58,816 nucleotides of DNA from Thermodesulfobium acidiphilum (GTDB taxonomy: Bacteria > Thermodesulfobiota > Thermodesulfobiia > Thermodesulfobiales > Thermodesulfobiaceae): contig NZ_CP020921.1 of assembly GCF_003057965.1 (NCBI RefSeq), forward strand, positions 456,100 to 514,915. The letters run 5' to 3'. Below, piece by piece: positions 39,199 to 47,869 of this stretch. Positions within the stretch are counted from its first letter, which is position 1; the number at the start of each line of letters is the position of its first letter. A model generated the notes under the pieces. It had not been told where the DNA came from. It searched no databases and saw nothing but the letters and a program-made list of their open reading frames with translations. A program made the position numbers and the translations under genes.

Positions 39199-39918
39199 AT
39201 GCATAAAAGAAGTAAGAGATATATTCAGGCACTAAGTCTTTTTGATAGAAATCAGAAGTATGATCCAGCTCAAGCTGTTGAAATTGTACAAAATTCTCCT
39301 AGGGCAAAATTTGATGAGACTGTTGAGGTTTCTGTGAGAACTGGTCTGGATGTAAAGCATGCAGACCAACAAATTAGAACAACGGTATCTTTGCCAGCTG
39401 GAACAGGAAAAAAGGTTAGAGTTCTGGTTGTTGCAAAAGGGGAGAAAGCTAACGAAGCTAAAGAAGCTGGAGCTGATTATGTTGGAGCTGAAGATGTTTT
39501 ACAAAAAATTCAACAGGAAAGTTGGTTTGATTTTGATGTAATTATTGCAACTCCAGATATGATGGGCGCGCTTGGTAAATTAGGTAGAATTCTTGGCCCA
39601 AAGGGTTTGATGCCAAATCCAAAAACTGGTACAGTAACTTTTGATATAGCAAGAGCTGTAAAGGAATTCAAAGCTGGCAAGGTAGAGCTAAGAACCGATA
39701 AAAGTGGCATTTTGCACGTTCCAATAGGTAAAGTTTCTTTTTCAAAAGAAGACCTGGTTGCAAATTTTGCTGCCGTAATGGATACAATTTTGAGATCAAA
39801 GCCGTCTGCTGCAAAGGGAACTTATTTGAAGAGTATTACTATTTCTTCAACAATGGGTCCTGGAATAAAGATAGACCCAACTAAGGCAGCTGAGTCTGTA
39901 AAGAAAGTAAACCTTTAA
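39199..39918 (+). CDS. rplA: 50S ribosomal protein L1
   Basis: [30 protein letters not shown]. Confidence 0.99.
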   Translation: MHKRSKRYIQALSLFDRNQKYDPAQAVEIVQNSPRAKFDETVEVSVRTGLDVKHADQQIRTTVSLPAGTGKKVRVLVVAKGEKANEAKEAGADYVGAEDVLQKIQQESWFDFDVIIATPDMMGALGKLGRILGPKGLMPNPKTGTVTFDIARAVKEFKAGKVELRTDKSGILHVPIGKVSFSKEDLVANFAAVMDTILRSKPSAAKGTYLKSITISSTMGPGIKIDPTKAAESVKKVNL

Positions 39919-39943
39919 TAAATAACAAGTTTAAACTGAATAT

Positions 39944-40030
39944 TGGCCAAAGAAGCAGGTGAGATAATCATAAATCCTGCGGAGGCAAAGGAAGATAATA
40001 CCCAGGTATTGCCTTTGCCTGGGTATATTC
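39944..40030 (+). ncRNA. L10 leader (rplJL autoregulatory RNA)
   Basis: GCCAAAGAAGCAGG...TAAATCCTGCGGAGGC resembles the L10-leader core; downstream ATACCCAGG/CCTGGGTAT stem; alternative AGGCAAAGG/CCTTTGCCT pairing. Confidence 0.75.
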
Positions 40031-40078
40031 ATAATTTTAAGGATAAATTTTTATCTTCATTGAAGGGAGGTGAAATAT

Positions 40079-40612
40079 ATGGTAAGTCAAATAAGAAAAA
40101 ATAAAGAAAATACTGTAAGTAAAATTTTAGAAGATCTTAAAAATTCCTCTGCTGTTTTTTTACTGGATTTAAAAGGGATGAATGTAAAAGAGAGCGTTGA
40201 ATTGAGGGATAGAATAAGAGAAACTTCTTCAAAACTCAGGATAGTAAAGAATACCTTGCTTGGTATAGCACTTGATCAGATTAATAAAAAGTCTTTAGTA
40301 GAAGATTTATTGTTTGGGCCAACCGCAGTTCTTTTTGTCCAGGGCGATATTAGCGCTGCCGCAAAAGTCTTGAAGGCTTCTCTTAAAGAATTTGAAAAGG
40401 GAACGATTAAAGGTGGATTTATAGAGAATAAAACGCTTAGCGCTATAGAAATTGAAGCTCTTGCTGATATTCCACCAAAAGAAGTGCTTTTATCAAAGGT
40501 GTTATATCTTTTACAGAGTCCTTTGTCAAGGTTTGCAGGAGTACTTGGTGCTGTTCCAAGAGACTTTATATATGCTATGCAGGCCCTTAAGGATAAAAAG
40601 GAGGCTTCTTGA
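40079..40612 (+). CDS. rplJ: 50S ribosomal protein L10
   Basis: KNTL, GPTA, LA.IP.KE.L; between rplA and rplL. Confidence 0.95.
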   Translation: MVSQIRKNKENTVSKILEDLKNSSAVFLLDLKGMNVKESVELRDRIRETSSKLRIVKNTLLGIALDQINKKSLVEDLLFGPTAVLFVQGDISAAAKVLKASLKEFEKGTIKGGFIENKTLSAIEIEALADIPPKEVLLSKVLYLLQSPLSRFAGVLGAVPRDFIYAMQALKDKKEAS

Positions 40613-40682
40613 TTTTTAAAAAAATATAAATTAATTTTGTAAAGACAGTTTTTAAAAAATTTTAAACATTTAGGAGGATAAA

Positions 40683-41069
40683 ATGGCTTTGAGTAAAGAA
40701 GAAATATTAGAAGCTATATCTCAAATGACTGTTCTTGAACTTTCAGAACTTATTAAGGCTTTTGAAGAAAAGTTTGGTGTTACAGCCGCGGCACCCGTTG
40801 CAGTTGCAGCCGCTGGTGCTGGGGTTGCTGCAGCACCTCAGGAAGAGGTTGAAGAACAAACAGAATTCGACGTAATTCTAACTGATGTGGGTGCAAAAAA
40901 GATTGATGTTTTGAAGGTTGTGCGTGAGATTACTTCACTTGGTTTGAAGGAGGCAAAGGATTTAGTTGACAACGTTCCAAAACCAATTAAAGAGAAGGTG
41001 AAAAAGGAAGAGGCAGCTGAAATCAAAGCAAAGATTGAAGCTGCTGGCGGTAAGGTCGAAGTAAAGTAA
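40683..41069 (+). CDS. rplL: 50S ribosomal protein L7/L12
   Basis: [28 protein letters not shown]. Confidence 0.99.
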   Translation: MALSKEEILEAISQMTVLELSELIKAFEEKFGVTAAAPVAVAAAGAGVAAAPQEEVEEQTEFDVILTDVGAKKIDVLKVVREITSLGLKEAKDLVDNVPKPIKEKVKKEEAAEIKAKIEAAGGKVEVK

Positions 41070-41093
41070 TAAATATTATTTAAATAATATTCT

Positions 41094-41122
41094 GGTCGGA
41101 CTTAAGTCCGACCTTTTTTTTT
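41094..41122 (+). terminator. Rho-independent terminator after rplL
   Basis: Perfect palindrome GGTCGGACTTAAGTCCGACC plus T9. Confidence 0.9.
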
Positions 41123-41174
41123 ATTATAAAAAAATGTTAAACTAATATGAAACTTTAAAGTTGAGGTGTAGTTA

Positions 41175-42155
41175 ATGGAATATAGGAAGTTAGGGACTTC
41201 TAATATTATGATTTCTACAATAGGATTAGGTACCTGGGCTATAGGTGGTTGGTCCTGGGGTGGTACTGATGTAGAAAGGTCAATTGAAACAATCAAGGCT
41301 TTTATAGATAATGGAGGCAATTTTATTGATACTGCTCCTGCTTATGGTTTAGGACTGTCTGAAGAGATTGTTGGAGAGGCAATAAAGGGTAAGAGAGACA
41401 AAGTTGTTTTAGCTACAAAGTGTGGTTTAGTTTGGGATACAGAAAAAGGCACGTTTTTTTTTCAGGAGAACGATAAGCCTGTTTATAGATATCTAGGTAA
41501 AGAATCCATAGAAAACGAATTAAACCAAAGCCTTAGAAGATTAAATACTGATTATATAGATCTTTACCAGATCCACTGGCTTGATAGAATTACTCCTGCT
41601 GAAGAGGTAATGGGGACTCTTTTAAAGGCTAAAGAAGAGGGGAAGATTAGAGAAATTGGAATATGTAATGCTGGAACTTTAGAAATTGAAGAGTTTATGA
41701 AGTATGCAAAAATTCAATCTGATCAAGAGAAATTTAGTATGCTGGATATGGAAGCAAGGTTTGAAAATATACCCTATTGTGTAAAGAATAATATTTCTTT
41801 TATAGCCTACTCTCCTCTTGAAAAGGGTTTATTGAGCGGTAAAGTAACTCTTGATAGGGTATTTCCCAAAGACGACAACAGATCTTTCGAATCAAGATTT
41901 AGCCCTCAAATTAGGGGAAAAATTTTGAATATTTTGGCTGAGTTCAATAGGCTAAAAGAGAAGTATAATATTACAACAGCACAACTTATTCTGGCCTGGA
42001 CTAGAATGATGCCAGGAGTTTCATGTTTGCTTGTAGGAGCAAGAAGGGCAGAACAGGTTATAGAAAATCTTAAATCGTCTGATATTTTTCTTGAGCAGAG
42101 CGATTGGAACTATATTTTTGATTATGTTGAAAGAAAGGCTGAGAGCATATTTTGA
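41175..42155 (+). CDS. Aldo/keto reductase
   Basis: GLGTWAIGG, DTAPAYG, LATKCG, DLYQIHW, AYSPL..GLLSGK. Confidence 0.93.
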   Translation: MEYRKLGTSNIMISTIGLGTWAIGGWSWGGTDVERSIETIKAFIDNGGNFIDTAPAYGLGLSEEIVGEAIKGKRDKVVLATKCGLVWDTEKGTFFFQENDKPVYRYLGKESIENELNQSLRRLNTDYIDLYQIHWLDRITPAEEVMGTLLKAKEEGKIREIGICNAGTLEIEEFMKYAKIQSDQEKFSMLDMEARFENIPYCVKNNISFIAYSPLEKGLLSGKVTLDRVFPKDDNRSFESRFSPQIRGKILNILAEFNRLKEKYNITTAQLILAWTRMMPGVSCLLVGARRAEQVIENLKSSDIFLEQSDWNYIFDYVERKAESIF

Positions 42156-42201
42156 TGTTCATAATTTTAAAATATCTATTTTATATTGAGGACAAATAAT
42201 T

Positions 42202-42774
42202 TTGGAAAAGATTGATATTATTAAGAAAAATTTAAAAAAAGTCGTTGAAGAAAAAATTCAAAAAATGCCAATTTATTCCTGGATTGATAGTTTTTATGAT
42301 ATATTTATTTCATGGGAAGAATTTTTCGAAATTTTAAAAAAATACGATGACAAAGCATTGTTTAGTATAAGTGAATTTAGCGGTGAAGAGCTTAAGAATA
42401 TAGAAGAAGAGGTTGTAAAAATATCAATAGAGGGTTTAAAATGTAGAATTAGGAAAGAGATTGAGAAGGAACTTCAATCGGTTGAAAGGTTCTGGATTAT
42501 AGTAGATAAAGAAGGTCTTAAATTGCCAAGATTTATTGTTTATGATGATGGTGAGAAAAAGAAGAAGGACTTTAATGTTTTTGATTGTTTGAGGGCATAT
42601 GGCTTAAAACCTGATGGGAACGAAGTTTGGGAAGATGTTGCAAAATCAATTTTGTACTCAAGAGAAAATAGGGAAGAATGGGATCTGGATCTTTATGCTA
42701 CTTATCTTGAAGCTGAAGATCAGGGGTTAAACGAAGTTCAAAGTTGTTCTACAAAATATATGGATATAGTTTAA
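42202..42774 (+). CDS. Hypothetical protein (charged, 190 aa)
   Basis: Open frame filling the intergenic space, GAGGA SD before TTG; no recognised motif. Confidence 0.65.
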   Translation: MEKIDIIKKNLKKVVEEKIQKMPIYSWIDSFYDIFISWEEFFEILKKYDDKALFSISEFSGEELKNIEEEVVKISIEGLKCRIRKEIEKELQSVERFWIIVDKEGLKLPRFIVYDDGEKKKKDFNVFDCLRAYGLKPDGNEVWEDVAKSILYSRENREEWDLDLYATYLEAEDQGLNEVQSCSTKYMDIV

Positions 42775-42819
42775 GTTTTTTGTATATAATTTTTATATAA
42801 CTTAAACTTAGGGGGTAAT

Positions 42820-45042
42820 ATGAAGATTTTTCGTACTTTCTTAAATGCTGCCCTTCGTAAAAAAATGGGCATAATGGTTCTTTTGAGCTTTTTTGTCTTC
42901 GGATTGTTATTGTCTGGTGGTGGATTAATTCAAATTTATAACTTTAGTAATGAAATTCTGTCAAATGATATAGCAAACGCGTCTAAAGGTCTTAATTTAT
43001 TTCTTGATTCAAAGATTACGGACTCAAAGAGAATTGCTTTGATCCTTTCTACTGAACGCGACCTTGTTAATGATATAAAAAATAAAGATTTTGCTTCTCT
43101 ATCTTCATTTATTGAAAAAATTTCTCAGCTTTACCCTGGATCATATGTGACAGTTACTGATTCTGATGGCAGAGTTATAGCGAGAAGTAATGCGCCTGCT
43201 GAAAGAGGTGATAATTTATCTGATTTACCAGAAATTGCAAGCGCTTTAAGTGGTAAAGTTGAATCTGGCATTGCGAAGGGACATACTACTGGACTATCAG
43301 TAAGAAGTGGAGCACCAATTAGAGACGAAAAAGGAAAAATTATTGGAGCCATTTCAACAGGTTTTAAAATTGCTGGAATTAAAGATATTCCAGTTCAAAT
43401 TAAAGATACTCTTGGAGTAGAAGTAGCTTTTTTTGATGGGGAGAAAATGGTTTCCACGTCTATTAAAAATGAGGAGCTTCCATACTTTGATAAATTTTTT
43501 AAATCTTCTATTTATGATCCAGTACTAAAGGATGGCAAAACAGTTGATTATGGTAATCCTAGAAATATTTCAGAAATGTATAACTTTATAAAAGAAATAC
43601 TATTTGGCAAGCCTTATTTTGCATATTATTATCCTCTTGAAGATGTAAATGGAAAAATTCTTGGAATGTATTTTATTGCAAAAGATACTTCTTTTTATAA
43701 TAACATGTTAAAAAGATTTACTATAATGCAGTTTGCTTTGAACATTTTAGCTATTGTTATCGGTATAATTTTGTTATTGTTATCTATGGAATTTTTCTTT
43801 ATGAGGCCAATAGGACTGTTGGTAAAAGATATTAAAAGGGTAGCTTCTGGTGATCTTAGCCAACCTCTTAATCCTGTTTACAACGATGAGTTAGGAGTTG
43901 TTGTAAGGGCTGTAGAGTCTATAAGATCAAACTTTATTAACGTTATTGGAAAAATTAATTATGCTATTAAAGATCTAGCAAATGCTTCTAACAATCTTTT
44001 GTCGGTGTCGTCTTCTCTTACAACGTCTTCAAGCGATGTATCTAAATTATCTGAAATAAATGCTAAAGGAGCAGAGAATTTATCTACTATTGCATCCAAA
44101 TTAAATGAAGATAAGGACATTTTGCTAAAGAGTATCCAGGGTATATCTAAAGGTGTCGAAGATCAAGCAATTGCTGCTTCTAGCATTGCTCAAAACATCA
44201 ATAGAATAGCAAGGAGCATTGAAGATTTTACGAATAAGCTTGAGGACGTAAGTAGCAACTTGTTGGCAGTAGATACGAAATTTAAAGAAATGGAAAAGAG
44301 TATTTTAGAAAAAAGAAGTGTCGTTGGAGCAGCAATAGATATGGCTAGTAACATAAATACAATTTCTGATGGAATAAAAGAGATCTCTGAGAAAATGAGA
44401 ATGTCTTTAATTCCGATTCAAACCATTGCGAATCAAATTCAGCTCTGGTCATCAAACGTTATAATTGAAACCTCAAAATTAGGTGAACAGGGGAAAGCCT
44501 TTGGTGTTATTATAGATGAGATACGTAATCTTTCCGAAAAGCTTTTGTACACAACCAATGAAATTTCTAGCAATCTTAACGAACGCTTGTTTAACTCTGA
44601 TAATTTTGATCTTAATTTTGAAAAATATATTGAAGGCATAAAAGATCTGAGGAACTACTTTTCTGAAATAGAAGACTTTGTTAAAACTTTGAAGGATAAC
44701 ATCAGTAATTTGTACCAAAAATTTGAGAAAATAAAAGGCGAAGCTTTGGGTATAATATCTTCAAAAGACATTAAAAACATTGAGACAAGTTTGGCCAATC
44801 TTGCTGCTTTAGCTGAAGAAGATCTTTCAAACGTGCACGAACTAAACAGAGCATCTATAGGCGTTCAAAAGGCAATCGAAAATCTTGTAGGGATTTCAAA
44901 AGATACTGTTTCATCAACAAAGGACATTTCAGAAAGAGCTGATAAACAATTAAATGAAGCAGGTAAATTGGAAGAAGTTTCGAGTAATATTAAGATAAAG
45001 TCAAATGAACTTGAAGATGAGGTAAGAAAGTTTAAAATATAG
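42820..45042 (+). CDS. Methyl-accepting chemotaxis-like membrane receptor (TM-Cache-like-TM-HAMP-coiled coil) with degenerate signalling tip
   Basis: Two TMs, APIRD..G.IIG and G.ILG Cache-like motifs, HAMP (P...GDLS...DELG), IANQ..L...N..IE...GE.GK.F.V..DEIR.L.E. Confidence 0.82.
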   Translation: MKIFRTFLNAALRKKMGIMVLLSFFVFGLLLSGGGLIQIYNFSNEILSNDIANASKGLNLFLDSKITDSKRIALILSTERDLVNDIKNKDFASLSSFIEKISQLYPGSYVTVTDSDGRVIARSNAPAERGDNLSDLPEIASALSGKVESGIAKGHTTGLSVRSGAPIRDEKGKIIGAISTGFKIAGIKDIPVQIKDTLGVEVAFFDGEKMVSTSIKNEELPYFDKFFKSSIYDPVLKDGKTVDYGNPRNISEMYNFIKEILFGKPYFAYYYPLEDVNGKILGMYFIAKDTSFYNNMLKRFTIMQFALNILAIVIGIILLLLSMEFFFMRPIGLLVKDIKRVASGDLSQPLNPVYNDELGVVVRAVESIRSNFINVIGKINYAIKDLANASNNLLSVSSSLTTSSSDVSKLSEINAKGAENLSTIASKLNEDKDILLKSIQGISKGVEDQAIAASSIAQNINRIARSIEDFTNKLEDVSSNLLAVDTKFKEMEKSILEKRSVVGAAIDMASNINTISDGIKEISEKMRMSLIPIQTIANQIQLWSSNVIIETSKLGEQGKAFGVIIDEIRNLSEKLLYTTNEISSNLNERLFNSDNFDLNFEKYIEGIKDLRNYFSEIEDFVKTLKDNISNLYQKFEKIKGEALGIISSKDIKNIETSLANLAALAEEDLSNVHELNRASIGVQKAIENLVGISKDTVSSTKDISERADKQLNEAGKLEEVSSNIKIKSNELEDEVRKFKI

Positions 45043-45065
45043 AAAATGGTCTAAGGAGACTTATA

Positions 45066-46382
45066 GTGCTAAAAGTAAATCTTAAGACTCATAGGAAAAG
45101 GTTGTTGGCCGATACCAGTGGCCAAAAACTATTTGTTTTGCTTAGCATTGAGGTTGCTAAAGAAGTTGAGGAGAGAGGAAAGCTTTTTGTCTCCTTTGTT
45201 CTTGACACATCTGGTTCAATGAACGAAACAGTAAATGATAAGTCAAAAATTGAAATTGTTGTTGAATCCCTGAAAAAAATTCTTGAGTCTAACATTTTAA
45301 AAGATGATGATGAGATAAGTATTATAACGTTCGATGATGAAGCAAAAATTGTTCTGCCATTTACCGCTGCGACGAAGAGTGAAAAAATATTTTCATCATT
45401 TGAGCAAATTAAGACTGGCACAGTTGGTACAAATTTGGGTGCTGGGATGAAAGTTTCTTTAGATTTACTTAAGGATAAAGCCGGGATAAAAAAGATGGTT
45501 GTTTTAACAGATGGTAACGTTTTTGATCCAGATCAGGTTGAAAAAGTTCTTGATGAACTTGTTTTTTCTAATATATCTGTGATATCGGTTGGTGTTGGTG
45601 ACGAGTGGAATGAGGATTTATTATGCAGGATTTCTGATCGAACTTTAGGTAAACCTCTGCACCTAAGTGATGTTGAAAACGATTCTGAAAGTTCAAGCAA
45701 TATTAACGTTAGTAAATTGCCTTATGTCTTTTTAAACGAATTAGGTCATGCGACACAGGAAGTGGTTATGAATATTGAAATGGAAATTGAATTAAAAGAT
45801 GGCTTTTCTCTTGAAAGGATAACAAAAATCTTTCCCGTTCAATATGAGATTATGATAGAGAATGCACCTTACTTATTGGGGAATCTCGAATCAAGGAGAA
45901 GAAATGTTTATCTTCTAGAATTTAATATTCCTTCGATGCCTGTCTCAAAGGTTGAAATGGGAAAAATTGAGCTATATTACCAGGTTCCAAATGCTGATAC
46001 TAGAGAAAAAATAGGACCTTTTGAAATTGGAATTGAATTTACGAAGGACCAACTGTTGGCAGTTCAAACAGATCAAGAAGTAATGGATTGGGTTCAACAA
46101 AGAAACATTGAGAAAATAGTAAGTGAGGCAATTAGTCAGGCACATAAATCGCCCGAAGAAGCAGAAAAAATTTTGGGTTTGGCAAGAAGTCTAACTATAA
46201 AATTAAAAAATGAAGACTTAACGGCTTTGTTAGATAAAGCAATAGAAGAAATTAGGGTTAAGAAATATATAGGCTCAAACGTGGCTAAAACGCTTAAAAT
46301 AGGCACAAAAACACAACTATTAGATCACTCTAGAGAGGATATGCCTACAGATGATGATATTAGAAAAGCAACAGGAAGATAG
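45066..46382 (+). CDS. von Willebrand factor A domain protein (GTG start)
   Basis: MIDAS elements VLDTSGSM, GTN, LTDG; GVGDEWNEDLL; beta-rich middle and helical C-terminus. Confidence 0.88.
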   Translation: MLKVNLKTHRKRLLADTSGQKLFVLLSIEVAKEVEERGKLFVSFVLDTSGSMNETVNDKSKIEIVVESLKKILESNILKDDDEISIITFDDEAKIVLPFTAATKSEKIFSSFEQIKTGTVGTNLGAGMKVSLDLLKDKAGIKKMVVLTDGNVFDPDQVEKVLDELVFSNISVISVGVGDEWNEDLLCRISDRTLGKPLHLSDVENDSESSSNINVSKLPYVFLNELGHATQEVVMNIEMEIELKDGFSLERITKIFPVQYEIMIENAPYLLGNLESRRRNVYLLEFNIPSMPVSKVEMGKIELYYQVPNADTREKIGPFEIGIEFTKDQLLAVQTDQEVMDWVQQRNIEKIVSEAISQAHKSPEEAEKILGLARSLTIKLKNEDLTALLDKAIEEIRVKKYIGSNVAKTLKIGTKTQLLDHSREDMPTDDDIRKATGR

Positions 46383-46408
46383 GTTGGTCGTAAATATGGA
46401 GAAATCTT

Positions 46409-47851
46409 ATGGATGATGAAGCTGTTGAGAGTTTAGATTTTGAAAAATCGTTTAATTCTTTTAAAGTTGTTGAATCCTTTGAAAATGGATGGAATAAATG
46501 TGAATATAATGGCAAAACGTTTTTGTGCTATAACGGGGAAAGGGTTAATGTCTATGAAAAGATATTAAAGATAAAGATTTTTCCAGAAATATTAAGTCTT
46601 TTCGGTAATAATATTGTTTGTAAGTTTTATCAAGATAAAAGAATAAATCTCCCATTAGCACCAGATTTGTCGCTACTTCTTATAAAAGACATATGTGAAG
46701 CATCTATTCTTTTAAAAAATCAAGGATATATGTTTAAGAATATTAATGTTAATGACATAGTGAAATCAGAAAATGGCTTTAAGTTCTCAAAAATTCCTAC
46801 AATTATAAGCTTTTCAGATTTTGAGTTAACAAACCAAGCTTATAAAATAGAAGATTATACGATCAAATTGCTGGGCTCCCTTCTATATGAATTATTGAGT
46901 GCAATGTCAATAAACAATGGTTTTGATGTCAAAATTATTTCTCGTTATGATATTCCTGGTATTCCACAATTCCTCTCACTTGCTCTTCCTGGAAGTAGAG
47001 CAAAATTTTCTCTTAATGATGCTTATAATATGTTAAATCAAATATGCTCTACAATCGAAGTGCGCCACTGTAAATATAATATTGGCGCGGCCTCAACAAT
47101 TGGCTTGAACGTTTCAAGATCAATCAATGAAGACTCATTTGGTTATGCCCAGATGTATTTCTATAATCATTTTGGAAAACATAACGTTTTGAAAGCCTGT
47201 ATAGCAGATGGTATGGGGGGGATGGAGGCAGGAGAGATAGCCAGTGAAGCTGCTGTAGATGCCTTTTTAACTGAAAAATTTAAACTAATTGATGATGAAG
47301 AACATATAGCCAATCAAACAATTGAACTTGCATGGAGGGCTAACAAGGCTGTTTTAGAAGGTTTAAATGGTAAAAATGGAGGTTGTACTTTTAGTGGCAT
47401 TTTCATTTATGATGACAAGCTTTTTATTGCACATGTTGGTGATACAAGAATTTATCTGTATAAGGATAAAAAGCTTGAAAGGTTAACAAACGATCACTCT
47501 TTGGTTGAAACGTTGATTTTAGGTGGAATAATGACAAGAGAAGAAGCCCTTAACAGTCCCGATAGAAATAAACTTTTAAGGTCTATGGGGGTTATAATAG
47601 ATAAACAAGAAAATTACATAGAAGGACTATATCAAAAATTGGGGAAACACTTTGTTCAATTAGTTAAAGGAGATCTTGTCTTAATAGTAAGCGATGGAGT
47701 ATGGGGTGAATTGCCGGACGATGAGCTGTTTTCTATTATAAGTTCCTTATCTAATAGGCCAGATGACCTGGTAAATGAACTAATTTCAATAGTTTTGAAA
47801 AGAGGGGCGCCTGACAATGCGACAGCAGTTGCTATTTATAAAGAATTTTAA
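46409..47851 (+). CDS. PP2C/PPM phosphatase with N-terminal degenerate kinase-like region
   Basis: NEDS, IADGMGG, AHVGDTRIY, DHS, SDG, DNAT in the C-terminal half. Confidence 0.88.
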   Translation: MDDEAVESLDFEKSFNSFKVVESFENGWNKCEYNGKTFLCYNGERVNVYEKILKIKIFPEILSLFGNNIVCKFYQDKRINLPLAPDLSLLLIKDICEASILLKNQGYMFKNINVNDIVKSENGFKFSKIPTIISFSDFELTNQAYKIEDYTIKLLGSLLYELLSAMSINNGFDVKIISRYDIPGIPQFLSLALPGSRAKFSLNDAYNMLNQICSTIEVRHCKYNIGAASTIGLNVSRSINEDSFGYAQMYFYNHFGKHNVLKACIADGMGGMEAGEIASEAAVDAFLTEKFKLIDDEEHIANQTIELAWRANKAVLEGLNGKNGGCTFSGIFIYDDKLFIAHVGDTRIYLYKDKKLERLTNDHSLVETLILGGIMTREEALNSPDRNKLLRSMGVIIDKQENYIEGLYQKLGKHFVQLVKGDLVLIVSDGVWGELPDDELFSIISSLSNRPDDLVNELISIVLKRGAPDNATAVAIYKEF

Positions 47852-47869
47852 AAAATTTAAGGAGAGAGT

